Below, one piece after another: positions 1 through 9,495 of a DNA stretch of 64,000 nt. The position numbers were made by a program, and so were the translations under genes. Where the stretch lies: contig OZ244960.1 in assembly GCA_965222605.1 (NCBI GenBank), positions 32,001 through 96,000 of the forward strand. Direction: 5' to 3'. The notes beneath the pieces are model-generated. The model ran no database searches, was not told where the DNA came from, and saw nothing but the letters and a program-made list of their open reading frames with translations. The number at the start of each line of letters is the position of its first letter. Positions within the stretch are counted from its first letter, which is position 1. The stretch is from Candidatus Latescibacterota bacterium. GTDB lineage: Bacteria; Latescibacterota; UBA2968.

Positions 1-3000
1 AACTACGAGGATGAATTTGTAGAGATACTGAATACCGGATTGGATACTATTCCGATCGGTGGGTGGCAGTTGTCAGACCGAGACTCAGATAATCCTTTCA
101 CTTTTCCCGAAAACACACGGATTGCTCCAGGTGAATACATAGTTCTTTTTGGCGGCGGAACGCCGAACGGCTTTGGAGGCCAAGTCTTCGTCGATGACGG
201 CAAGATAGGTAAGCGAGGATTGAGCAATTCGGGAGATGTGGTATTTTTGATCAATCCCACTTTGAGCGATACCATTGCCAGAGCAGAATGGGGGAAAGAG
301 GGAGGAAAGGATCAATCTCTGGTGCGGTATCCGGAAGGGACTGGCAGGTGGGTATTGCACAGCGATTCACCGGGCAGGGGGCTGTTTTCGCCGGGCAAAC
401 CACGGTCGCTTTTCGATATACTCCAGTCTTTTCCCGAATATCTGGACATGATAGAAGGAGAATCCGTTTCGCTGATACCCGCGATTTATAAAGATGGAGT
501 ACCAATGCAGCTTGAGGATGAGGTTTTATGGGTGTCGTGGGATACCACTATCGTGCGAATTGAACAGGGCAACAAGGTGGTTGCTGTGCGTGCTGGTGAA
601 ACGGAGGTCGGATTTTTCTGGAGAGGTCGGGAGAGTCTTCACACATATCTGCGGGTGTTGGAAAAGGAAAAACCGACATTGGTGATCTCGGAGGTGCATC
701 CCAATCCCGCCTGGGGTGAAGCAGGTGATACCAATCGCGATAGTGTGCGGCACACCTATCAGGATGAGTTTGTCGAGATAGCGAATCTGGGCGAGAATCC
801 CATCGACATTGGCGGCTATTTTCTCGGCGATGACGATGCCTCAGCAGATCGCCTATTTCGATTTCCCGATAACACAGTGCTCGATACGCAAGCGGTCGTA
901 GTGCTCTTTGGTGGCGGAGAAGTGGCAGTTACCGAGCGCGTTTTTGTCGATGATGGTCGCATTGGCGATGGCCTGTCCAATGTGGGCGATACCGTGCAGT
1001 TATTGGCGCCCGACAGCAGCACAGTGGTCGCCTCAATGGTATATGAACGCTCGACCAGAGGCGTATCTTATGCCAGAGATGAAGACGGCAATTATCTGTT
1101 ACACAATCAGATATACGAAGATGAGCCTACCTCAGTCGGACGTTTAAAGCCTGGTGATGATCCGATTGAGTCCGAAGGATTGACCGAGGCATTGACTGTC
1201 CCGGATGGACTGGTATTTTCCGAAATCCTGATGTTGCCCGAACAGGTGGATGCCAATAACGATGGGGTTGTGGATCGGCATGCAGATGCTTTTGTCGAAT
1301 TGACCAATATCAGTGCAGATACGCTCGACTTGAGTGGGTGGCTACTCGGCGATGACGATATCGTTGTCTCTCAGTTTTTCTCTTTTCCCGATAATGTCGT
1401 ACTTCTGCCCGGTGGTTATGTCACCATTTTTGGCGGGGGGACGCCCGTGGGTATCCCCGGCACTGTCTTGTCCGCCGAGGGGCAGATTGGAAATGGACTC
1501 AGTAGCGGTGGCGATGTCGTCCACCTGATCATGCCCGATAGCAAGACCGTGGCGCGGTCTGTGCGCGTACCAAAAGCTACCCCAGACATTTCATGGCTAT
1601 TTTCGCCCGATGATCCTCCAGAGTTACATCCCAAAATCCCCGGCTGGCACGCGATGTCGCCCGGCACATCACCGGATGGACAAGAGGCGGCAAGAGCAGA
1701 TTTCATAGATACAGCTGGCAGAGATACACTTGACATTTTTCAACCTCCCAAAGACCTGGTGATCTCTGAAGTCTATCCCAATCCGGCCACAGGCGACGCA
1801 GGTGATACCAACGGCGATGGGGTGCGGCACACCTATCAGGATGAATTTGTCGAGATAGCAAATTTGGGCGAGCATCCCATCGATATTGGCGGCTATTACC
1901 TCGGTGATGACGATGTACCTATGGAAAAACTTTTCCGATTCCCCGACAATACGATGCTCAATCCTCAAATGGTCGCAGTGCTCTTTGGAGGTGGGGAAGT
2001 AAAAGAATCCGATCAGATCTTTGCAGATGACGGTCGCATTGGCGATGGCCTGTCCAATGGAGGCGATACCGTGCAGCTACTGGCACCCGATGGAAGCACA
2101 GTGATCTCCAGAATGACGTATGAAAACGCGCCTCAAGGCATATCTCTTGCAAGAGACGATAACGGCAATTACCTGTTACACAATCAGATATACGAAGGAA
2201 GATCTATCTCAGTCGGACGTTTAGGGCATAGCGATGATGTGATTGAACGATTAACTGCCCCCAATGGCCTGGTATTTTCCGAAATTCTGATGCTGCCCGA
2301 ACAGGTGGATGCCAATAACGATGGGGTTGTGGATCGACATGCAGATGCTTTTGTCGAATTGACTAATACCGGCGCAGATACGCTCGACCTGAGCGGCTGG
2401 ATGCTCGGCGATGACGATATTGTCGTCTCTCAATTTTTTCCTTTTCCCGATGACGTCGTGCTCGTACCCGGTGGTTATGTCACCATTTTTGGCGGAGGGA
2501 CGCCTGTGAGTATCCCCGGTACTGTCTTGTCTGCTGAGGGTCAGATTGGCAATGGACTCAGTAGCGGTGGAGATGTTGTCCATCTGATCCTGCCCGATGG
2601 TAAGACTGTAGCGCGGTCTGTGCGCTTACCAAAAGCCACACCAGATGTTTCATGGCTGTTGTCGCCTGATGCCCCTCCAGAGTTACATCCCCAAATTCCA
2701 GGCCGGCACGCGATGTCACCCGGCACACCACCTGTTTCGGAAGTGGAACCAGATACCCTGAACGGTGTGAACTATGAAAATGTCGTATCGGGAAAACCCA
2801 TTGTTTTTGATGGTGAAGACCAGACGGTTAATAGTCCTATATCTGACGATTCAAAACCCAGTGATCTGGAAACAGATTGGGGCATTTACCCGTCACCTAA
2901 CCCTTTCAATACTGCAACTGTGTTAGGTTTTTACACTACAGGAGGTCCTGTTTATGTGACTATATATAATATCCTGGGACAACCCATCAGACGGTTGGTT

Positions 3001-3144
3001 CAACAACATTTGCCAGCCGGATATTATCGGCGTATATGGGATGGTAAAAATGACTCGGGAGCATCTGTGGGATCTGGAATCTATATAGTCCTACTAAAAG
3101 ACAAGGAAGCGATATTTACAAATCGCGTTGCGCTCTTAAAGTGA
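1..3144 (+). CDS. Secreted lamin-tail-domain (LTD) repeat protein with an Ig-like (BIG2) domain and C-terminal FlgD-Ig/T9SS-like sorting domain; 5'-truncated by the window edge
   Basis: Frame is open from base 1 (NYEDEFVEILN...). At least five LTD-type motifs (ISEV.PNP...DEFVEI.N....IDIGG..L.D) and a C-terminus PSPNPFN...IYNILGQ.IR.L...WDGKNDSG..VGSGIYIV.L...LLK. Confidence 0.8.
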   Translation, partial: NYEDEFVEILNTGLDTIPIGGWQLSDRDSDNPFTFPENTRIAPGEYIVLFGGGTPNGFGGQVFVDDGKIGKRGLSNSGDVVFLINPTLSDTIARAEWGKEGGKDQSLVRYPEGTGRWVLHSDSPGRGLFSPGKPRSLFDILQSFPEYLDMIEGESVSLIPAIYKDGVPMQLEDEVLWVSWDTTIVRIEQGNKVVAVRAGETEVGFFWRGRESLHTYLRVLEKEKPTLVISEVHPNPAWGEAGDTNRDSVRHTYQDEFVEIANLGENPIDIGGYFLGDDDASADRLFRFPDNTVLDTQAVVVLFGGGEVAVTERVFVDDGRIGDGLSNVGDTVQLLAPDSSTVVASMVYERSTRGVSYARDEDGNYLLHNQIYEDEPTSVGRLKPGDDPIESEGLTEALTVPDGLVFSEILMLPEQVDANNDGVVDRHADAFVELTNISADTLDLSGWLLGDDDIVVSQFFSFPDNVVLLPGGYVTIFGGGTPVGIPGTVLSAEGQIGNGLSSGGDVVHLIMPDSKTVARSVRVPKATPDISWLFSPDDPPELHPKIPGWHAMSPGTSPDGQEAARADFIDTAGRDTLDIFQPPKDLVISEVYPNPATGDAGDTNGDGVRHTYQDEFVEIANLGEHPIDIGGYYLGDDDVPMEKLFRFPDNTMLNPQMVAVLFGGGEVKESDQIFADDGRIGDGLSNGGDTVQLLAPDGSTVISRMTYENAPQGISLARDDNGNYLLHNQIYEGRSISVGRLGHSDDVIERLTAPNGLVFSEILMLPEQVDANNDGVVDRHADAFVELTNTGADTLDLSGWMLGDDDIVVSQFFPFPDDVVLVPGGYVTIFGGGTPVSIPGTVLSAEGQIGNGLSSGGDVVHLILPDGKTVARSVRLPKATPDVSWLLSPDAPPELHPQIPGRHAMSPGTPPVSEVEPDTLNGVNYENVVSGKPIVFDGEDQTVNSPISDDSKPSDLETDWGIYPSPNPFNTATVLGFYTTGGPVYVTIYNILGQPIRRLVQQHLPAGYYRRIWDGKNDSGASVGSGIYIVLLKDKEAIFTNRVALLK
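677..2730 (+). repeat. ~1 kb internal tandem duplication of two-LTD units (~677-1670 and ~1755-2730)
   Basis: Near-identical DNA blocks, e.g. cacacctatcaggatga and gatgccaataacgatggggttgtggatcg, occur in both halves; boundaries are approximate. Confidence 0.85.
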
Positions 3145-3238
3145 AGTAGAGACGGATGGAGATGTGAGAAAGGTGAAAAGCGATGATTAATAGGCTCTTT
3201 TACATTTTACTTACCAAACAGAAGGGAGGTGAAACAGG

Positions 3239-3514
3239 ATGGCACAACCCGAAATTACATTTCGTCATGGTCTGTGTAGCACTTCGATTTTCGAAAATGA
3301 ATACAAGCGAGGTGAAGAATCTTTCACTGTAAGAACAGTCTCATTTCAGCGAAGTTATTTGGACAAAGAGGGGAATTGGCAAAGAACCAATAGCCTGAAG
3401 GTGAACGATATTCCCAAAGCCGTATTGGTGTTAAATAAAGCGTATGAGTTTTTGACATCGAACAGTCAGGCTGAAGCAGAAACAGATGATGCGGCTGCTA
3501 TAGCAGATGAATAG
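3239..3514 (+). CDS. Small conserved hypothetical protein with acidic tail, possibly ssDNA-binding
   Basis: Strong SD (gggaggtg) before ATG; 91 aa; motif TVSFQRSYLDKEGNWQRTNSL..NDIPKA; acidic C-terminus AETDDAAAIADE. Confidence 0.7.
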   Translation: MAQPEITFRHGLCSTSIFENEYKRGEESFTVRTVSFQRSYLDKEGNWQRTNSLKVNDIPKAVLVLNKAYEFLTSNSQAEAETDDAAAIADE

Positions 3515-3630
3515 CAGATGGATGGACTTGAGGAACGGGGGTACAACGGGTCGCTTTCCTGACCTGTTCAAAGGCTCATTGTACCCCATACTCAGCCCCG
3601 TTCAGTTATCAGTTCGATAATTGTTGTATA

Positions 3631-3660
3631 AAAAAGGTCCAACTAATAATTGGACCTTTT
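3631..3660. terminator. Bidirectional intrinsic terminator
   Basis: aaaaggtccaa / ttggacctttt inverted repeat between convergent genes. Confidence 0.7.
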
Positions 3661-3703
3661 AGTGTTATAAACCACTATTTTATGCATGGCTTGCTTCGGG
3701 TAT

Positions 3704-4000
3704 CTACTCGTCCAAAGGCTCGTGCAATGCTTTCTTGATCAAAACACCAGCTTTGAAATAGCTCTTTCGCCGAGCAGGAACATAAACAATCTCGCCTGTG
3801 CGGGGGTTGCGTGCAGCGGGTTTCGGTTTGGTCGGCTTGATACCCAGCACGCCAAATCCCCTGATTTCGATTCGATCACCGGCAACCAAGTTTTCGCGCA
3901 TGGCGTTAAAAAGCGTATTTACAATCTCATAAGCGAGTTGCTTTTTAATTCCCAAACGATCAGAAATTTTTAAGGCGATGTCTTTTTTGGTCATTGTCAT
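3704..4000 (-). CDS. HU/IHF-family DNA-binding protein
   Basis: MTKKDIA...GDRIEIRGFG....ARNPRTGE.V.VPAR....FKAG; SD gggagg precedes the ATG at 4000. Confidence 0.95.
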   Translation of the reverse strand: MTMTKKDIALKISDRLGIKKQLAYEIVNTLFNAMRENLVAGDRIEIRGFGVLGIKPTKPKPAARNPRTGEIVYVPARRKSYFKAGVLIKKALHEPLDE

Positions 4001-4162
4001 TCGGTCCTCCCGTTTCACAGGTATCATCAAGGCATGGAGCTAATATATAGCCCTAAACCTATAAGACGCAAGGCAAAAATGTTTCACAATCGTCACGAAA
4101 TTGAAAAATTGCTTTTGCTTTATATGTTGCTTATTTTGTCATAGTTAACGAGGATAATACCC

Positions 4163-4990
4163 ATGAGAGCAAAACCACAAACCAGTGTAATATATCGCGT
4201 CACGCGGTATGATGGCTCTATCGGCAAATCCGTAGATGATGTGCTGGTCGTAGAGGAGCCTCTTGAAATTCGCGTTGCCGGAGAATCCGTTGCCGTGACC
4301 ATGCGAACACCGGGGGCGGACCGCGCCCTTGCGCTGGGATTTCTGTATGGCGAGGGGATCATCCGTAAAATCGGCGATGTTGGGCGTGCAGAACACTGCG
4401 GTCGCCCGGGGACTCCTGAGTATGGAAATGTCATTGATGTTCTCCCTCGTCCGGGCGAGATACTCGATCCCGAAAGGATTCGAGCGGGACGACGAGGCAC
4501 GCTGACTTCATCGGCGTGTGGGGTATGTGGACGCGAGCAGATAGAAGATATGATACAGCGGTGCCAGCCCATTGACGACGATCGCGCCGTTCAGGCTGCG
4601 ATGATTTTTTTTGCACAGGAGCAGATGCGCCAATCCCAATACGTGTTTGCACAAACAGGGGGCGTTCATGCTGCTGCCGCATTTTCTGAAACAGGGGATA
4701 TGTATTGCTGTTTTGAAGATATTGGCCGGCACAATGCAGTAGATAAGGTTGTGGGGCACTTGCTCGAAACACATAACATAGTAGAAGGGGAGGGAATTCA
4801 GATACTCGCGGTGAGCAGCAGAGCGAGTTTTGAAATCGTGCAAAAGGCCGTTGTTGCGCGCATACCTGTCGTGGTTGCCGTATCTGCAGCGAGTTCATTG
4901 GCAGCGGATCTTGCCCAAGCGATGGGAATAACTCTCATTGGCTTTGCACGGGATAAAAGGATGGTCGTTTATACGGGGGCTGTGCAATAG
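4163..4990 (+). CDS. fdhD: Formate dehydrogenase accessory sulfurtransferase FdhD
   Basis: VVEEPLEI, TMRTPG.D..LA.GFL..EG, SACGVCG, TGGVHAAA, EDIGRHNAVDK, SRASFEIVQKA motifs. Confidence 0.95.
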   Translation: MRAKPQTSVIYRVTRYDGSIGKSVDDVLVVEEPLEIRVAGESVAVTMRTPGADRALALGFLYGEGIIRKIGDVGRAEHCGRPGTPEYGNVIDVLPRPGEILDPERIRAGRRGTLTSSACGVCGREQIEDMIQRCQPIDDDRAVQAAMIFFAQEQMRQSQYVFAQTGGVHAAAAFSETGDMYCCFEDIGRHNAVDKVVGHLLETHNIVEGEGIQILAVSSRASFEIVQKAVVARIPVVVAVSAASSLAADLAQAMGITLIGFARDKRMVVYTGAVQ

Positions 4991-5128
4991 GGTTGGGGAG
5001 GATGTCTCGCATTTCCCCATCGGCGGTTGGGCTGATTGGCCTAACCGCTAAATTTTTGTCGTCTATGGGAACTCCATTTGTAAATTTCAGGTCTAATCGT
5101 TGGCAAAGCACAATGAGGAGCTATACTG

Positions 5129-6022
5129 ATGGTCATTCGCATTTCAAACCTGACAAAAGTATATCGCCGTGGCGCAGTTCCCGCCTTAGACGATGTCACC
5201 TTGAGGATCCCACACGGAACATTTGGTTTGTTGGGGCCCAATGGTGCAGGTAAAACAACGCTGATTAAAATTTTATCAACTCAGATGGACGCATCGAGTG
5301 GTAGCGTGACCATGGATGAGTTCGATCTGGTAAAAGACCGCACAGAGATTCGCCGGCGTCTGGGATATTTGCCCCAGCATTTTGGGACCTATCCCCAATT
5401 GACGGCCTGGGAATTTCTCGATTATATGGCTGTTTTGGGCGGCATACACAATAGAAGAGTGCGTCTGAATCGCGTAGAGCAAGCTCTAAACGAAGTCGGT
5501 TTATACGAAGCGCGCAATCGGCGCTCGGGCACTTTTTCCGGTGGCATGATGCGCCGCCTTGGCATTGCACAGGCCATTCTGGCCGATCCAGAGTTTCTCA
5601 TTGTCGATGAACCCACCGTGGGACTTGACCCGGAAGAACGCATCCGATTCCGGAGTATTTTGGGACGCTTGAGTAGTGATCGCGCAATTTTGATCTCCAC
5701 GCATATAGTGGGCGATATTTCGAGCACCTGTGAAGATCTCGCGGTTTTGGATACAGGACAACTGATCTTTCGCGGTTCTCCCGCAGAACTCATTTCAAAA
5801 GCCGATGGAAAAACGTGGGAAGTACAGGTCAATGATGCTGGCTTTGAAATGCTGTCGCGGGTGTTTCGCGTGGTCACAGTAAATGTTGAAGGCGATCAGA
5901 TGCGTTTGCGTATGGTAGGAGATGGCGAGCCACCCGCTGATGCCGAAGCGATCGCACCTAACCTCGAAGATGCCTATGTCTATTTCGTCGGAGGCGATAC
6001 CACGGGCGAAATCGCAGCGTAA
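5129..6022 (+). CDS. ABC transporter ATP-binding protein (ABC-2 exporter type)
   Basis: Walker A GPNGAGKT, Q-loop YLPQ, signature FSGGM, Walker B LIVDEP, H-loop STH. Confidence 0.95.
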   Translation: MVIRISNLTKVYRRGAVPALDDVTLRIPHGTFGLLGPNGAGKTTLIKILSTQMDASSGSVTMDEFDLVKDRTEIRRRLGYLPQHFGTYPQLTAWEFLDYMAVLGGIHNRRVRLNRVEQALNEVGLYEARNRRSGTFSGGMMRRLGIAQAILADPEFLIVDEPTVGLDPEERIRFRSILGRLSSDRAILISTHIVGDISSTCEDLAVLDTGQLIFRGSPAELISKADGKTWEVQVNDAGFEMLSRVFRVVTVNVEGDQMRLRMVGDGEPPADAEAIAPNLEDAYVYFVGGDTTGEIAA

Positions 6023-6034
6023 AGGATCAATACC

Positions 6035-9000
6035 ATGCTATCTATTTTTTACAATATATGGGGCGTGGCGCGTTATGAGCGCAAAATGCTCTTTCGAACC
6101 ATAAAATTCCGCATTTTGGGCGGCCTGGGCATGAGCATTCCCGTTTTACTCGGCATCGGCTTTGCCATAGCAGAAGCCAACGGTGCTGAACTACCCGTGG
6201 GAATTGATTCTTATGTCCCGTTTTTAGTGTACAGTTTCTTGCAGACCATCGTCATTGCATTTATTGTGGGTGATTTTAGATCAGCGGATGAACAGGCGCA
6301 TATTTACGAAGTTGTGGCCGGGCGTCCCATTTCAACTGCGGAACTGGTTGCGGGTAAATATCTGGGCATTGTTAGTGCGCTTGCCATTTTGAGTCTGGGG
6401 GTTCTGGTTCTGACCCTGGGCATTCAGGCGGCAAAGATCAGCATAACAGGCAATCCATTTACAATAAAACCCTATATCGGATACCTCGTGTTCATGAACC
6501 TGCCCGCCCTGATTTTTATGTCTTCCGTGACCTTTTTTCTGGGTGCTTTGTTGCGGCGGCAAGCGGCAGTTGCGCTAATTGTGATCGGGTATTTGTTGGC
6601 CGTCCTATTATTCCTGGGCAAGCGATATGACGGCATCTACGATTTTGGTGCTTTTTTTATGCCTCTGTATTATTCCGACCTGATCGGTCTGGCAGATATT
6701 ACGCAAGTGGGGCTACAACGCCTGTTTTACATCTTACTCGGCATTGGATTTTTTGGCTTTTCGATTGATCGATATCCCCGTCTCGCGCATTCCATAGTCG
6801 CGCGATGGTTTGGCCGCGGATGCGCGCTGACCGGTTTTGGTCTGGCTGTGGGCCTTTACTTTTATATGGATGCAGATGCGCAAGACGGAAAAGCGTATCG
6901 CAGTTCATTGCTAAAACAACAGGAAGCGGTTGCGAATATTCCCGTCGCGAAAATAACCCATTACAATCTGGCATTGACGCTGTTGGATCAGGAACCGCTT
7001 GCCGCCTCTGGCACGATTACTTTGAAAAATCCCCACGAAGCCCCGCTCGATACGCTGATTCTTTCACTCAATCCCGGATTCAAAATTCAGAGCCTGACGC
7101 GTGCTAATGGCGATGCAATAGTGTGGGAGCGGACGGGAAGCGTGATCCGCGTCGTGCCCGAAAAACCCCTGCAATCGGAGCGAGAACTCGATCTGATGTT
7201 GGCATACGCGGGTGATATTAACACGAATGGTTTTGATCTCAAACGGGAAAAAGCCAGGCCAAAGTTACGCAAACGCGATAGGTTATTTAATAAAGGATCT
7301 TTGACGGCGTGGATTCGCGACAATTCCATCTTTTTGCCCCCGCGCAGCCGATGGTATCCGGTAACGGGCGTTGATTACGGCTATGAGGATACGCGTGCGG
7401 TCTCTTTTTCAACGGCAAATTTGCAAATAACATATCCACAGGGCATCGAAGTCATTACTCAGGGGCAGGTCGGCAAGACCGATACGCTCGGCACACAGGT
7501 AACGCGCCAATGGATCGTTGAAAAACCCGTGCCTGTCCTGTCGCTGAATGCTGGCGAATACCGCGTTTATCGCGCGACCATTCACGACATCGAATGCGCC
7601 CTTTACGCCCACCCATCTCATCTGCGTCCAGTCCGATTTTTTGAAGGTGCCGAAGAAGAGATTTTGCGTGCGCTCGAGCAAATTATGGACGCAATGGAAC
7701 AGGAATCGGGCATGAAATATCCCTATTCCAGCCTTTCTTTAGTGGAAATCCCCTTCCATGTTCAATGGTATTACGAAGGCTGGGAAGAAAAAGGCGGGTT
7801 GACGCAGCCCGGCGTGTTGATGATTGAAGAAGATGTGTTCATGCGGCAGCAATTTACCCGCGATTTTAAACGCTATCAGGATCGCTCGCGCGGCAATCGA
7901 GAACCCAAAGACATTAAAAAAGATCTTTTGGTACGCGCGGTTTTTTCGACCTTTTTTTCCAGAGAAGGAAATTCGGGCAGACAGGGACAGCCTGGCGGAT
8001 TGTTTCGCAGTCCTGTTGTTCAACTCTGGGCTTATGACAAGCAGTTTGTGGGCGAACATTATTCTCTGCTCAAAAAGGGCATGCCCATGTATCTCCAGAA
8101 TGATTTAAGCACCAATATGACCTCCGCTTTTTATTCGAGCCAACGACGCGGTGGCGGTGGCGATAGAGGGCGTGGCGGGCCCGGCGGGCGCGGTAGGCCC
8201 GGCGGGGGATCGGGCGCGGGTTGGGATACGTTGGTCGCTAAAATGCAGCGAAAATCATTTGCCGATTTAAATCCCGAAACGCAGGCCGGTCTCTATCGCC
8301 AGGTTCTCGACGCCAAGGGGCCAGCGCTTTTTCAAATGATGGAATCTTTTTTGGGTGAGGAAACATTTCGCACGGTCTTAGACGATATAGACCACAATCA
8401 CAAATACGAAGACATCGATTTTTCGACCTTTGAACGCGCTGCTGTGGGCGATACCACAGAAAGTGAAGAGAGCCAAAAATTGCAGCGTCTCGTCAACGAC
8501 TGGATTTTTAGTACAGAAATCCCGGGCTATACCCTCACAAGGGTAAAAGCTTTGAAGATGGATGACGGTTTTGGAATGGTGGTCTTTCAATTGATTCTGA
8601 GAATTAAGAACAGCGAACCGGGCAGGGGATATGTGCAAATTACAGCTACGGGGCGAGGCGATGAGGCCGTAAAGGGCGTCGAGATTGAAGGTGGGCAGGA
8701 AATTGAAGTTTCAATGGTTCTGTGGGAGCAGCCCTTCAGGGTGATGGTCGAACCCTTTTTCGCACGCAATCGCCGCCCTCTGATGTCCCCCGTGCGCGTT
8801 CCCGAAAATGTCACAGAGGGATTTCCTACTTCTTATGTCAAAGACGTGACGGGCGAAGATTCTGGTCCTGTTGAGATTATTGTAGATAATGACGACGACG
8901 GATTTTCAATGCCCGTGCGACGCGCAACGCGCTACTTCCGCCCGGGACTCAAAGGCGGCAACTGGCGCGAGCAAGGCATGCCAATGGCCTTTGGGCGATT

Positions 9001-9484
9001 TGAGACAAATTTCCGAATGAAGCCTCCGGGTGATGGCGCACAGCCGGCTGTGTGGACAGCGCAAATCCCCAGAGATGGCGAATTTGATGTGGGCTTCTTT
9101 TTTCTCGATCCCTCAATGGCCAGGCGCATGCGCGTCGGATCGACCTTTACACTGACTATTTTTCACGGGGGCAAGGCCGATACACTCGAAATGGAACGCG
9201 ACCAGATGAAAGCGGGATGGAATTATCTGGGGCGATACAAATTTGCCGAAGGCGAAGAAGCCGTAGTCGAATTGTCTGACCGCGCAGAGGGGCGCCTGTA
9301 TGCCGATGCCGTGCGATGGCGCTTTTTTGATCCGCAAAACCCCGATGCTTACGAAGATGAAATGCCCACCTTTATGTTTGGACGCGGCAGAGGTAGACCT
9401 GATGGCGGGCGTGGGGATCGCGGCGGCGAGAGACGTGGTCCCGGCGGTGATAGACGCGGCGGGGGCGGGGTGTTGGGATTTTAA
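6035..9484 (+). CDS. ABC-2 permease fused to a degenerate M1-aminopeptidase-like domain and a golvesin-like C-terminal domain
   Basis: N-terminal ~7 TM with RPIST.E.V.GK; M1-like segments (ITHYNL.L, WYP, YPYSSLSLVEIP, KGPALF.MM...LGEE.F) but no HEXXH; C-terminal IIVDNDD.GF...GWNYLGRYKF...YADAVRW. Confidence 0.7.
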   Translation: MLSIFYNIWGVARYERKMLFRTIKFRILGGLGMSIPVLLGIGFAIAEANGAELPVGIDSYVPFLVYSFLQTIVIAFIVGDFRSADEQAHIYEVVAGRPISTAELVAGKYLGIVSALAILSLGVLVLTLGIQAAKISITGNPFTIKPYIGYLVFMNLPALIFMSSVTFFLGALLRRQAAVALIVIGYLLAVLLFLGKRYDGIYDFGAFFMPLYYSDLIGLADITQVGLQRLFYILLGIGFFGFSIDRYPRLAHSIVARWFGRGCALTGFGLAVGLYFYMDADAQDGKAYRSSLLKQQEAVANIPVAKITHYNLALTLLDQEPLAASGTITLKNPHEAPLDTLILSLNPGFKIQSLTRANGDAIVWERTGSVIRVVPEKPLQSERELDLMLAYAGDINTNGFDLKREKARPKLRKRDRLFNKGSLTAWIRDNSIFLPPRSRWYPVTGVDYGYEDTRAVSFSTANLQITYPQGIEVITQGQVGKTDTLGTQVTRQWIVEKPVPVLSLNAGEYRVYRATIHDIECALYAHPSHLRPVRFFEGAEEEILRALEQIMDAMEQESGMKYPYSSLSLVEIPFHVQWYYEGWEEKGGLTQPGVLMIEEDVFMRQQFTRDFKRYQDRSRGNREPKDIKKDLLVRAVFSTFFSREGNSGRQGQPGGLFRSPVVQLWAYDKQFVGEHYSLLKKGMPMYLQNDLSTNMTSAFYSSQRRGGGGDRGRGGPGGRGRPGGGSGAGWDTLVAKMQRKSFADLNPETQAGLYRQVLDAKGPALFQMMESFLGEETFRTVLDDIDHNHKYEDIDFSTFERAAVGDTTESEESQKLQRLVNDWIFSTEIPGYTLTRVKALKMDDGFGMVVFQLILRIKNSEPGRGYVQITATGRGDEAVKGVEIEGGQEIEVSMVLWEQPFRVMVEPFFARNRRPLMSPVRVPENVTEGFPTSYVKDVTGEDSGPVEIIVDNDDDGFSMPVRRATRYFRPGLKGGNWREQGMPMAFGRFETNFRMKPPGDGAQPAVWTAQIPRDGEFDVGFFFLDPSMARRMRVGSTFTLTIFHGGKADTLEMERDQMKAGWNYLGRYKFAEGEEAVVELSDRAEGRLYADAVRWRFFDPQNPDAYEDEMPTFMFGRGRGRPDGGRGDRGGERRGPGGDRRGGGGVLGF

Positions 9485-9495
9485 TTTAAGGGAGG

